Below, piece by piece: positions 47,542 to 56,843 of a stretch of DNA of 56,894 nt. The notes below the pieces were generated by a model that had not been told where the DNA came from, did not search any database, and saw only the letters and a list, made by a program, of their open reading frames with translations. Origin of the DNA: a virus (Duplodnaviria; Caudoviricetes); IMG/VR virus record IMGVR_UViG_3300047299_000127, positions 1-56,894 of that record. The stretch is one strand, 5' to 3'. The translations under genes and the position numbers were made by a program. Position 1 is the first letter of the stretch. Each line of letters begins with the position of its first letter.

Positions 47542-48230
47542 GCTGTCACCCTGAGCCCAATGGTGGACGTGCCGGAGTTAAAGAAAAAGCGCAAAGCCCC
47601 TCGCTCTATAACGGTGTAAGAGGCAAAATTTAAAGGGCCGCTTCGGTACAGGCGCAGCTTTTCGCCTCTGTACACGGGCACTGAATGGATGATCCCGGTG
47701 TCGTTGTAGTACGACTCAGAAGAGCGCATGTAGGCGGTCCATCCAATGCCCTGCTGCTGCCCGCTCGATGGGTTAAAGATTGGATGCGTTGTTAGTCTGA
47801 TGGTGCCGATGTATCGCCCACCAGAATAGGCAGTCGCAAAAATAGGCTGGCTTGCTGGGTCCGTGTTGTTGCCTTCGGATGGACCTGCTGGGTTGCCAAC
47901 GGTGTAAAGAAATCGCGGTATAGGGCCAAGAATCAGGTTCCCGTCAGCCGGAAACGCATATGGCGCATACAGGTCCATGCCCTGGGTTCTATCCCCCAGC
48001 GCAGACAACATGGTCACGCCAGAATGGCTTTCAATGATGATCTGGCTTTGCGATCCTGGTGCCCAAGAGCCGTAGGCGTAGTTGATCGGGCTTGCTGCTA
48101 CTGGCGTCAGCCGCATGTTTCCAGCTGGATCAGTCTTGATGTACTTGTAGTCAGTCGAGAACGCCACGCCACCGCCCGCATCGCGGACGGTCATGTTTTG
48201 GGGCGTGATGCTGATGCGCTCAGTTGCCAT
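47538..48230 (-). CDS. Putative tail-tip/receptor-binding protein
   Basis: VRDAGG.V.FSTDYKY N-terminal motif paralogous to its neighbour; beta-rich. Confidence 0.6.
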   Translation of the reverse strand: MATERISITPQNMTVRDAGGGVAFSTDYKYIKTDPAGNMRLTPVAASPINYAYGSWAPGSQSQIIIESHSGVTMLSALGDRTQGMDLYAPYAFPADGNLILGPIPRFLYTVGNPAGPSEGNNTDPASQPIFATAYSGGRYIGTIRLTTHPIFNPSSGQQQGIGWTAYMRSSESYYNDTGIIHSVPVYRGEKLRLYRSGPLNFASYTVIERGALRFFFNSGTSTIGLRVTA

Positions 48231-48233
48231 TCA

Positions 48234-48494
48234 TCACTCCGCCACGTAGACCTTGACGCTCACCGTGACAGCCGGGAGATCGCTTCCATACACCTGGCCC
48301 ATGGCCATGATGTAGACATTCCCGTTCACAACCTTCGGAAAAATGAAGCGCACGCTGTTGCCTGCGCGTTGAACCACGTGACTGCTGGCCGCTGGAACGC
48401 CATCGACCTCCAGCATGAGAATCGGGTTTGGGATGCTGGTGTAGCCCACATAGATGTTCTCTATGATCCCGGCGACGATCTCTGCGCTACCCAA
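48234..48494 (-). CDS. Small tail protein, probable C-terminal half of a split gene
   Basis: TTG start overlapping the upstream stop; ends LPAVTVSVKVYVAE. Confidence 0.55.
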   Translation of the reverse strand: MGSAEIVAGIIENIYVGYTSIPNPILMLEVDGVPAASSHVVQRAGNSVRFIFPKVVNGNVYIMAMGQVYGSDLPAVTVSVKVYVAE

Positions 48495-49041
48495 TTTCCA
48501 CCCCCGCAGCGTCAGCGGAGTACTTCACCCCCAGGGTGTAGATCTCCATCGCCCGCTCGTAGTCCATCGACTCAATGGCAGATACAGCGGGCAGTACAAA
48601 CTCATTGAACATGCGCTCATAGATTTGGCGCGCATCCTCACGCTGGCCAATCGCCTCAACGATTCGCGGAGCCATCAGGTAGTAGTCCGCCACCTTCATG
48701 CACCGCTCCACATCGGCCAGCATGTACTTGTCGCGGAAGTAGCGCAGCGTGGTCAGGATGTGGCCATCATCCTCAAGCCCCATGGTTTCCACGCAAGCCT
48801 GGGTGATGAAGCAGCCGCCACAACCACCATCGGACCAGGTGTAGTACTCGCGTGCCTTTGCCGACAGCGTGACGTTCGTAGGTCCAATGGTGCCCTTCAA
48901 CTGGAGGTATGGCAGCGAAGTGTGAAAGTACACATCGTCCAGGTTTCCGCTCGGATTGGTCCGGGCGTTGCTCGCATTGCCATAATTGACAATGCTCACC
49001 GTCCCGGCATTCCCATCGACGTAAAGCTGCTTACTGGGCAT
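48487..49041 (-). CDS. Tail-protein N-terminal segment fused to a CFI-box-CTERM domain
   Basis: NLDDVYFHTSLPYL then GGCFITQAC...LRYFRDKYM...YY..AP.IV..I. Confidence 0.78.
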   Translation of the reverse strand: MPSKQLYVDGNAGTVSIVNYGNASNARTNPSGNLDDVYFHTSLPYLQLKGTIGPTNVTLSAKAREYYTWSDGGCGGCFITQACVETMGLEDDGHILTTLRYFRDKYMLADVERCMKVADYYLMAPRIVEAIGQREDARQIYERMFNEFVLPAVSAIESMDYERAMEIYTLGVKYSADAAGVEIG

Positions 49042-49552
49042 AGCGGTACACCTTCAAAGCCTTGGACTGGTCTAAGTCATCGATACAAGAAAACTTACCG
49101 TTTGGGTGGTGAAGAATCCTAGTGCCATCGATGCACACGCCAATATGGCCCATGCGCTCGTAAAAGATCAGGTCGCCGTGCATTGGCTGACTCGCTTCGA
49201 CAAAGCCAAACTCGCGCACAACATCCTCATAGCCAAATCGGTTGAGTTCCTGGTACCGGCGTCCAACAAGCTGGCGCAGCTGGGCAACCATGCTGGTTCC
49301 GTAGTTGCGGTCCATCCACTCAACCACCAAGCCCGCACAGTCGGCGCGCATAAAGCGGTACGCTCTTCCCCGGTACTCTTCGGGCGGACATACTGGAATA
49401 GCCTGCCTCTCCTGGATGAGCAACGTGTAGGGCGCAACGGTCTTGCTGACAGTTAAAAATCCGTCAGGAGACAGCACGACATCGCCAGCAACGATGTCCG
49501 CACGTTGGCCAATGTTGGCATCCCAGTTGGTTGGTTCATCGAATTGCGTCAT
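49031..49552 (-). CDS. NlpC/P60 peptidase (lambda gpK-like C-terminal domain)
   Basis: YRGRAY...DCAGLV; GDLI; HIGV; ILHHP. Confidence 0.82.
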   Translation of the reverse strand: MTQFDEPTNWDANIGQRADIVAGDVVLSPDGFLTVSKTVAPYTLLIQERQAIPVCPPEEYRGRAYRFMRADCAGLVVEWMDRNYGTSMVAQLRQLVGRRYQELNRFGYEDVVREFGFVEASQPMHGDLIFYERMGHIGVCIDGTRILHHPNGKFSCIDDLDQSKALKVYRYAQ

Positions 49553-51135
49553 ACCGAGATCGAGATGTACTTGTTGACCGTATCGATGATGAAAAGGCCA
49601 TCGGTGCTGCGCACAACGCCGCGCACGGTTGCATTCTGGAACTCAGCAGATCCGTCCTTGGTGATTTGCCAGCCACTGGAGCCAGACACAAAGTTGTTGG
49701 ACTGGATGACGTTGCCGATCTTGGCGTTGGAGATCGAGCCATCAGCAATACGCGCCACGTTGATGTAGCCGTAGGTGATGGCCGCCGCATCGACGTTGAG
49801 CAGCTTGGCGTCCAAACTACCGGTCAGGATGCGGTCTGCGCTGATGTAGCCCGCATTGATCTTGCTGGCGTTGAGGTTGGCCACCTTGGCGTCATCGACC
49901 GCCAGGTTGGCGATCTTTGCGTTGGTGATGGTGCCGTTCTGGATGAAGGCATCGCTCATGTACACGCCCACCGGCACGTTCACGCCGTTGATCGTCACGG
50001 GCGTGGTGCGCACGATGAAGGGCATGGCCGGGGCCACGCCTGGGCCTTCAGGGCTGGCGATGTAGAACGAATCGGAGCGGATGGCGAAAGCACTGGTGGG
50101 TGTTGCGCCGTTGGCCGTGGATGCCAGGCCAAAGCCCGACACATAGCCGTTCACATCGGTCTTGACCGTGTACCTGGCAAAAAGCTGCCCAGTCTCGGAG
50201 ACCCGCACAGTCTGCTCGGTCTGGATCGCTGCCGTGTTGGAGTTGACCGTGGCGGCCAGGGTCTGGCGTGCCTGGGCCTCGGCAGTGTCGGCATTGGCCC
50301 GCGCTGTCGCCTCGGTCTGAATGGAAGCGGCCAAGTTCGCGTCCGCCGTATTCACAGCGGCGGTCAAGGTCGTGATCTGGCTGGCCAAGCTGGTGTCGGC
50401 ACCTTGGCGCGCAGTCTGCTCGGCCAGGATCGCCGCGCCGCGAGCGTTGGCCTCGGCCAGCAAGCGGGCGTTGACGCTACCCGCGCCGTTTCCGTCCACC
50501 AGGTTGATGCGCTCGGCCAGGGACTGGTAAAGTTGGCTCTCGGTGATCTCGCCAGTCAAGGCAGCAAGCAGCGTGGCCACATCTTGGCCAGTCACTGCCT
50601 CCAGGCCATTGGTGCCGCCAGCGGGTGCCACGCTCAACACCCCGTCATTGGTCTCCCACTTGATCCACAGCCGCCAGGTCGTGGCAGGATTGCTGGCCAG
50701 CGCCCAGATGGTCCCCGAGAACTGGCCAAGCTCGACTGCATTGTTGAACGTGGGCAGAGGCTGGCCAGCCGTGTGCGTCACGCCGTACAGGCGCGTGCGC
50801 AGGTGCCCGTGGCCCATCAAGTAGCCCGGTTGGTCATGCTCAATGAACACATGGCTTATCGCCGCGCTCACGGCAAAGCCCGTGGGGGTGGGTGGCGGGG
50901 TCAGGTCGGGCTCATCACCCTGGGCCACGGCGTCACCAGGCTCCAGCAGCGGAACACCTCCACCAGGCCGCCAGCCCTTGGCCAACTTGATGATGCCGTT
51001 CTCGATCAGGTCGCGCAGCGTCAGGCCTCGGTCCAGGGGGTTGCCCTGCTTACCGAGGTAGGTCATCAGCGTTTCGCGCACGCGCTGGGGAAAGTTCCCG
51101 GCTGATGGTGGCGGCAGATCGTTGCGGTTGGTCAT
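49549..51135 (-). CDS. Central tail fibre/tip protein (DUF1983/TipJ-like C-terminus)
   Basis: Coiled coil; NGYVSGFGLAS...FAIRSDSF; AFIQNGTITNAKI repeats; GWQITKDGSAEF. Confidence 0.82.
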   Translation of the reverse strand: MTNRNDLPPPSAGNFPQRVRETLMTYLGKQGNPLDRGLTLRDLIENGIIKLAKGWRPGGGVPLLEPGDAVAQGDEPDLTPPPTPTGFAVSAAISHVFIEHDQPGYLMGHGHLRTRLYGVTHTAGQPLPTFNNAVELGQFSGTIWALASNPATTWRLWIKWETNDGVLSVAPAGGTNGLEAVTGQDVATLLAALTGEITESQLYQSLAERINLVDGNGAGSVNARLLAEANARGAAILAEQTARQGADTSLASQITTLTAAVNTADANLAASIQTEATARANADTAEAQARQTLAATVNSNTAAIQTEQTVRVSETGQLFARYTVKTDVNGYVSGFGLASTANGATPTSAFAIRSDSFYIASPEGPGVAPAMPFIVRTTPVTINGVNVPVGVYMSDAFIQNGTITNAKIANLAVDDAKVANLNASKINAGYISADRILTGSLDAKLLNVDAAAITYGYINVARIADGSISNAKIGNVIQSNNFVSGSSGWQITKDGSAEFQNATVRGVVRSTDGLFIIDTVNKYISISV

Positions 51136-52811
51136 GACTCGGCCAGTTCCTTCATGCTGGTGGCCAAGCTCGCCTCCTGCACTGGGGTGGCGCTCTCGAT
51201 CTCGATCTGCCAGTCAGGCGCAGCAAAGCCATCGGGCAACCGGAATCCATTGCGGTCGTTCACGGTGGCCGTGTAGCGCAAGCTGGTGGGGGTCGGCGCA
51301 GTCAGCAGGTCATTGACTGCCAACACCTGGGCCACCTGGTCGGCAGTCAGGCCCAAGGCATCGACGCGCAGCGTCACGGGGTAGGTGTCGGCCACCACCT
51401 CGGCGCAGTTGAAGCTGATGGCGCTGGGGGCCTGGTAGACCTTGCTCTTGAAGCGTGCAGTCAGGAACGTGACCCCGGCATCCCAGCGCTTGACGTTGGT
51501 CCCGTCCAGCACGTACAGCTGGTCCTGCAAGTCATCGAAGTGCATGCCCTCGTAGCCCGTATCCAGGAAGAACATCCCGGTCGGGTTCATCGGGTCGATC
51601 ACAAAGCCCTTGCGGCCCGTGCCATCGTCGTAGCTGCCAAAGTACAGGCCCTCGTACATCTGGCCGACCACGGTCGAGGGGCGCAGGGCCTGCCAGTCCT
51701 CGCGGGTCATGACGCCCGCCGTGAGGATCTTGGGACCGTTGGAGCCATACCAGCACAGGCCATCGTCAGAGGACCAGGCCACACCCGCGCCCATGCTCAC
51801 GACAGACTCGGCGCTCACGCAGGACTGGGGAAGCTCCAGCGGGGCCTGATCCATGGCGTCCGGGCTTGAGCCGCTGGCCAGCAGCGGGCGGCCCGTGGTC
51901 AACACCAGGATCGACTGGCCAAAGTGACCAATGGCCACCGGCTTGGAGTCGGGCGGCACCAGGTCATAGGCCGATGGCCAGGCGTAAGGGGTGTAGGGCT
52001 CGCACAGGCGCACAGCGTTGCCGCTGATGCCCGCTAGCATCCCGTTCCAAAGGGCAGTCAGGCCGTGCAGGTCAGCAGGCGGCATCGCCCAAGTGGCCGT
52101 GGGCAGTACTTCGCCCAGGTCCCGGTTGTCGTCGCTCGTGCTGGCCGTGCCCAGCGCAATCTCGCGCAGGAAGAAGAACTCGGTACCGCCAGAGGTGCCG
52201 GTCTGGGTGCGGTAAATCCGGATGCGGTTAATGCCGTAGTTGCCAGCAGGCACGGCAGCGAAACCGGACAAGCTCACAGTGGCATCGGTGGGGCGCACCA
52301 CCTCCACGCTCACGGGGCCTGGAGCGCTCTCCCAACCCCAGTCATTCACGTAGGTGTAGACGTAGTAGTAGGAGTTGTCCAAGCCGGTCCAAGATCCCGC
52401 ATTGACCGAAGCGATCAGCGCCGTGGCCGGTGCAGGCACACCCAGGGGGCGCGATGCAGTGGGGTAAGGTGCAGCGGCCAGCGCCAGGATGTTGTCCGTC
52501 ACCTTGGGCGCGCCATCGCCTGTGAAGAAGGTGCGCTCGGTCGTGTCCTCGGAATCAAAGCCGCGCACGGCATGCACGCGAGTGGTCCAACTGAGCCAGT
52601 AGCTGGCATCGCTGGCCACGTCCCGACCCATGCGGTAGATGGTCTTGCGCCCAGCGGGCACGCTGGCCACAGTCAGGGGCGTGCGCCAGGGGCGCAGATC
52701 TCCACGGCCAGGCTTTTGGTTGCGGCTGACCGTGCCCACGGTCTCGGGCAAGGCCTTGGGGTGCAGTGCGCGGTTTTCACCGCCGAATCCCAGATGACGA
52801 ATGCGCGCCAT
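51132..52811 (-). CDS. Putative tail nozzle/head-closure protein (P22 gp10-like)
   Basis: 559 aa beta-rich; YVYTYVN.WG.ESAP; PY.PYAWP..Y; SCVS..S.V. Confidence 0.7.
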   Translation of the reverse strand: MARIRHLGFGGENRALHPKALPETVGTVSRNQKPGRGDLRPWRTPLTVASVPAGRKTIYRMGRDVASDASYWLSWTTRVHAVRGFDSEDTTERTFFTGDGAPKVTDNILALAAAPYPTASRPLGVPAPATALIASVNAGSWTGLDNSYYYVYTYVNDWGWESAPGPVSVEVVRPTDATVSLSGFAAVPAGNYGINRIRIYRTQTGTSGGTEFFFLREIALGTASTSDDNRDLGEVLPTATWAMPPADLHGLTALWNGMLAGISGNAVRLCEPYTPYAWPSAYDLVPPDSKPVAIGHFGQSILVLTTGRPLLASGSSPDAMDQAPLELPQSCVSAESVVSMGAGVAWSSDDGLCWYGSNGPKILTAGVMTREDWQALRPSTVVGQMYEGLYFGSYDDGTGRKGFVIDPMNPTGMFFLDTGYEGMHFDDLQDQLYVLDGTNVKRWDAGVTFLTARFKSKVYQAPSAISFNCAEVVADTYPVTLRVDALGLTADQVAQVLAVNDLLTAPTPTSLRYTATVNDRNGFRLPDGFAAPDWQIEIESATPVQEASLATSMKELAES

Positions 52812-52831
52812 GTCCCCTGCCCTCCATCGAA

Positions 52832-53143
52832 TCAGGAAGCAGTGGCAGGCACGCGCACAGGGTCAAGCACCTGGGGCTTGTCCTCGGCTGGCTTGTTGGC
52901 CTCTGCGATCTGTGCGTTGACCTGGTTCTGGATGTCAAACACGTCCTGCACCACGTCATCGAACTTGCAGCGGCCCAGGCAGCGCAGAACGCCCTGCACA
53001 CCAGCAAACGGCAGTGTGACCTCGGCAGGCGCATCAAGGGCCTCGTCGCTCAACTGGCCAAGGATGTGCTTGAGCCGGTGCAGGTTCATCTTGAGCGTGG
53101 CCTGCTCGGGCATCTTCTGGGGTTGCTGGGTCATGTTGTTCAT
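52832..53143 (-). CDS. Hypothetical protein, possible fibre assembly chaperone
   Basis: 103 aa; C-terminal VL..LG...F..V...V..IQ.Q pattern. Confidence 0.6.
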   Translation of the reverse strand: MNNMTQQPQKMPEQATLKMNLHRLKHILGQLSDEALDAPAEVTLPFAGVQGVLRCLGRCKFDDVVQDVFDIQNQVNAQIAEANKPAEDKPQVLDPVRVPATAS

Positions 53144-53178
53144 GCGTTGTCTCTCAATCGTTCAGTGAGTAAATCTGC

Positions 53179-53559
53179 TCAGACTTGGGCAGCGGGTTCG
53201 GTGTTTTCCTCGGCCACGGGCGGAGGTGCCCAGGGCAGCGGCGTGGACACCAGCGAGGCCTTGGCGATCTCGCGGTCCAGCACCATCTGAATGTGCTGCT
53301 TGATCGACAGCAAGCGGCCCTCGGGCTCATTGGCCTCGATCCACTCCACCACCTGCACGGGCGTGACGCTGGCCAAAGGCGTGAAGGCATCGGGCTCAGG
53401 ATCTGCCAGGGTCGTGGTGCCGGGAAGCTCAAAGGTCTGACCGGTGTCCTCCCCGACCAGGGTCCAGTCCACCTCTTTGATGGCCTGTGGCAGGCCGCCA
53501 ATGGTGCGCGTGCGGATGTCGCGGACAATGAAGCTGAAAGTGGCGCGAAGGTCGCTCAT
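53179..53559 (-). CDS. Tail-fibre-associated protein
   Basis: V.W...GED...G...L.....FTP...VT..QV.EWI...LPW motif. Confidence 0.7.
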   Translation of the reverse strand: MSDLRATFSFIVRDIRTRTIGGLPQAIKEVDWTLVGEDTGQTFELPGTTTLADPEPDAFTPLASVTPVQVVEWIEANEPEGRLLSIKQHIQMVLDREIAKASLVSTPLPWAPPPVAEENTEPAAQV

Positions 53560-53562
53560 GAG

Positions 53563-53775
53563 TTACTCCTGGGTGGGTTTTGGATACTTGGCTTTGACTG
53601 CCAAGCACTTGTCGATGTAAGCCTGCATTTGTGCCTGATCGCCTTTAACTAAGCCATCTAGGTACTCAGTAAGTGGTGGATACTCGGCGCGCCGCTGGCA
53701 AACATAATGAGGATCAGGCGCATGCAATGGCATCCCAATCAAATCAGGTATCAATGGTGTTTGATCCGTACTCAT
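53563..53775 (-). CDS. Putative tail fibre assembly chaperone
   Basis: Y...RRAEYPPL.EYLD........AVKAKYPKP motif. Confidence 0.7.
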   Translation of the reverse strand: MSTDQTPLIPDLIGMPLHAPDPHYVCQRRAEYPPLTEYLDGLVKGDQAQMQAYIDKCLAVKAKYPKPTQE

Positions 53776-55292
53776 AAGATGCTTTGTGAGTCAAAAATAA
53801 TTTGCAATTCGCCGGGATAAATGACGTCACCATTTCCGGCCTGAATAGCATCAACGACGAAAGTCGTGTAGTACCTATTAGACAGATAGAAACGACATAC
53901 ACCTCTGGAATACGTGTTGCTGTAATAAGCTGTTGGCGAGTATTGACCAGTAGCATCCCAGACGCTGATCGCATTGATTGGGCCGCCATTAGCTATGGTG
54001 GTTACATAACCTGAAATCATCAGGTTAATGTTTCGATTTCCAGAGACATCAAGGGCGTAACCCTGAATGCAGAGCTGGAACATCTTGTTGTTAAGGCTGT
54101 TGTATCTTGCAGGCAAAAGAATATGGACATAGCTCGCTCCACTTGACCACGACTCTCCTGATGCAACTGCAAATGATTTTTGTGAGTAACTGTTCGCTGG
54201 AGATCTAACGCTAATTCCTGCGTTAAATACTGTTAATCCGGAAATGGTTCCGCCAGAAAGTGGCAATGCGTAGTTTGCGTAATTGCCTGCGCTGAAAGCT
54301 ATATTTCCATCCAAACGAATGCCGTTGCCATCGGTAACGCTGATTGAATTTGATGTGTACCCTGCTCTGTGCAAAGCTATACCGACAGTTCCAGCGTCAG
54401 TATTCTTGATTTCAAGCTGCGCGTTGTTCCACGATATAGCGGTTGCGCCAATGTTTCCGCCGATACCATTTAATGCAGAGCGGCCAAGGCCTCCAGCCAT
54501 TAACCCGCCATTGATGTCAAAGTCAAGGTTGAATGACGCGCTGCCCATTCTGATATCAAGAATGGCGGATGCTGTGCGTAATCTAAGGCCGTAATATCCG
54601 GCTACCTGCATCTGGGTCGAACCACTTCCGTAAAAGTCAGAATTAGCTCTTCCTATCCCATACCACGACGAACCATTGACGTTATCGCCAACTAAGCCCC
54701 ACGTCAGTGGGCCAGTCATTGAGGACCCGCCACTTAAAGGAAGAGCGTAAGCGCCGTAGTTCGCAGAATTCAGGACTTGGTTTCCATTTGCGTAGACTGA
54801 CCCACCAAGCGGGTTTAGTTCAAGTGGCTCTATCCCGTGTCCATCTCCCCCGTTGTCATAACTAGCCTGTATCCAAGCGGCATAGTTGCCTGAGCTGCGG
54901 GTGCCAAACTGCAATCTAACCAGCGCATTTGTGGCGCGCAGACTAAGGATTGAGTTGTCCGTGCTGTCTGAAGTCGTTGGATTGAGAACACCAAGCCCTT
55001 GAATCTTGGAAGCGCCCGTTATCGTTCCACCAGCAACTGAAAAAGGCGTGTACCCCAGCGCACCCGTCACGTTGCCCGAGGTCAACTCCCCGCGAATCGT
55101 GGCGCTCGACTTGTTCTCCACGTTGCCAAGGCCAAGGTTCGAGCGAGCCTGAGCCGGGTTGGGCAAATCCAGCAGGTTCAGGGACGCGACCAGCTTCTGT
55201 CCCAACTCCAGGTTGAGCGCGGAGAAGTTGGCATCGACCTCTGAATTGGTCAGAGGTCGGCCAACGGCAGAGCGAAGAGTGATCGAAGCCAT
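53772..55292 (-). CDS. Tail fibre (receptor-binding) protein
   Basis: LTNSEVDANF anchor, ARSNLGLGNVEN, ALGYTP, repeated YALPLSGG; lower-GC distal part. Confidence 0.82.
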   Translation of the reverse strand: MASITLRSAVGRPLTNSEVDANFSALNLELGQKLVASLNLLDLPNPAQARSNLGLGNVENKSSATIRGELTSGNVTGALGYTPFSVAGGTITGASKIQGLGVLNPTTSDSTDNSILSLRATNALVRLQFGTRSSGNYAAWIQASYDNGGDGHGIEPLELNPLGGSVYANGNQVLNSANYGAYALPLSGGSSMTGPLTWGLVGDNVNGSSWYGIGRANSDFYGSGSTQMQVAGYYGLRLRTASAILDIRMGSASFNLDFDINGGLMAGGLGRSALNGIGGNIGATAISWNNAQLEIKNTDAGTVGIALHRAGYTSNSISVTDGNGIRLDGNIAFSAGNYANYALPLSGGTISGLTVFNAGISVRSPANSYSQKSFAVASGESWSSGASYVHILLPARYNSLNNKMFQLCIQGYALDVSGNRNINLMISGYVTTIANGGPINAISVWDATGQYSPTAYYSNTYSRGVCRFYLSNRYYTTFVVDAIQAGNGDVIYPGELQIIFDSQSIL

Positions 55293-55315
55293 GGGCGCTT
55301 ACCTCCAGCCCAGGA

Positions 55316-55771
55316 TCAAACAGCTTGGACGGTGATGGTCCAGGTGATGGCCAGCGTGTCGTCGGCTTGCTTGTTGACGACCGGGAACACGGTGCGGCAG
55401 AGCATGTCGCCACCCACACCAGCGTTGAAGATCGCGGCCTCGGTCACAGCGCCAGTGGCATCACCAGCCTCGAAGCTGGCCACGTACTGGGCCTTGTTGA
55501 ATGCGGGCTTGCTGGAAGAGTCCAGGGCCTCGCGTGCGCCCAGCATGCTCACCAGGTCGGTCTGGCCAGCGGCGGCAGCCGTGGTGCCAGAGCCTAGCGC
55601 CATGTGGCTCATCACGGCTTTTGACGTGTCCAGCATGCGCGTGATGATGAATTCCAAGCCGGTGTTGACCACCAGGTTCTTGATGTCGCGCTGGTCTTTG
55701 ACGTTGCCGTGCTTGTCCTTGAGGACGATGCTCACTTCGCCAGTGATCTTGAGTTTGTCGTTTGCTTGCAT
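55316..55771 (-). CDS. Virion fibre-base/tail-associated protein
   Basis: NLVVNTG, MALGSGTTAAAAGQT.L, TEAAIFNA...G.MLCRTVF..VNK..D.L.ITW. Confidence 0.7.
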   Translation of the reverse strand: MQANDKLKITGEVSIVLKDKHGNVKDQRDIKNLVVNTGLEFIITRMLDTSKAVMSHMALGSGTTAAAAGQTDLVSMLGAREALDSSSKPAFNKAQYVASFEAGDATGAVTEAAIFNAGVGGDMLCRTVFPVVNKQADDTLAITWTITVQAV

Positions 55772-55784
55772 GGTTTGCACCCTT

Positions 55785-56843
55785 TCAGAAAGTTCGTGAT
55801 TCGCCCACGTAGTCCTCAGCGAAGTAGGAAAACTCGCAGTAGCCCTGCATGCGCAGAGACCCCGAATCACCCACACCGGCAGCGTCTTGCGCGCCCTTGC
55901 CCACTTGGACCTGCTTCACGTCACTGAACCCAGCGGCATCGTTTGCCTGCTTGGCCAGTGACAAGGCCTTGGAATCGGACACGCCAGCCACATCAGCCAC
56001 GCGCTTGTCCAAAAATGCCATGCTTGCATCGAAAACCGATGCACCCTCGCTGATTGACTTGCCAACATCGAGCGCGGTCTGGTCCGTCAGGCTCGCGGCG
56101 TCCTCGAAGCGGCGCACATACGCCACCACCCGCTCGAACAGGTCAGACACGCCCGACACATCGCCCAGCACCTTGAAAAAGCTGATCTCCTGGTCATCCA
56201 GGATCGAAGCGGACCCGTCCAGGTCATCGGTGACGGTCACGGTGTCGTGCAAGTACTTCACCAGGTAGGCGGCGGCCTGGTCGGTCACGCCTGCGGCATC
56301 CACGATGCCCTTGTCCATGCTGGCCGCGACCAGATCGCTCACGCCTATGGGGTCAGCCAGGCCTTTGCCGACTGCCTTGGTGTCGATCTGATCGCTCAGG
56401 GCTGCATAGTCGGTGGCGGCCTTCTTGAACACCACCTTGGCCAAGTCCTCGATGGTGGCCAGCTGGTCCTCCAGCGGCTTGTGCACAGCAATGGCGTGCT
56501 GCTCCAGCACCCCGGCCAGGTCGGTGATGATCTTGCTGATGTCGGCGTGGATCTCGTCGCTCACGCCCGCGCTGTCTTGGCGGTCCTTGCCGAAGCTGGC
56601 CACGTACTCATCGACCGCGGCAAAGGCATCGCGTGACACCTTGGCCACATCGATGCTGGCGTGGTCGGTGAAGGATGCGCGGTCCTCCTTCTTCAACCAG
56701 ATGAGGAAGATCCCCACCTCGGAGACCAGGCGGATGTAGGCAGCCTTGGCCGCCAGGGAAATGGTTTCGGCCTGCGCGACCGACTTGATGAGGCTCCAAG
56801 CTGCCGACAGGCTGATCTTGGCGCTGTCAGCCTTGAGCTTCAT
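55785..56843 (-). CDS. Repetitive fibre-like virion protein
   Basis: About 17-aa K...D...VSD repeats; ends YFAEDYVG. Confidence 0.7.
   Translation of the reverse strand: MKLKADSAKISLSAAWSLIKSVAQAETISLAAKAAYIRLVSEVGIFLIWLKKEDRASFTDHASIDVAKVSRDAFAAVDEYVASFGKDRQDSAGVSDEIHADISKIITDLAGVLEQHAIAVHKPLEDQLATIEDLAKVVFKKAATDYAALSDQIDTKAVGKGLADPIGVSDLVAASMDKGIVDAAGVTDQAAAYLVKYLHDTVTVTDDLDGSASILDDQEISFFKVLGDVSGVSDLFERVVAYVRRFEDAASLTDQTALDVGKSISEGASVFDASMAFLDKRVADVAGVSDSKALSLAKQANDAAGFSDVKQVQVGKGAQDAAGVGDSGSLRMQGYCEFSYFAEDYVGESRTF

Noticed and set aside
49531-53168. Plus-strand ORFs of 524 and 367 aa opposite the tail genes
   Set aside because: Shadow ORFs with no motifs
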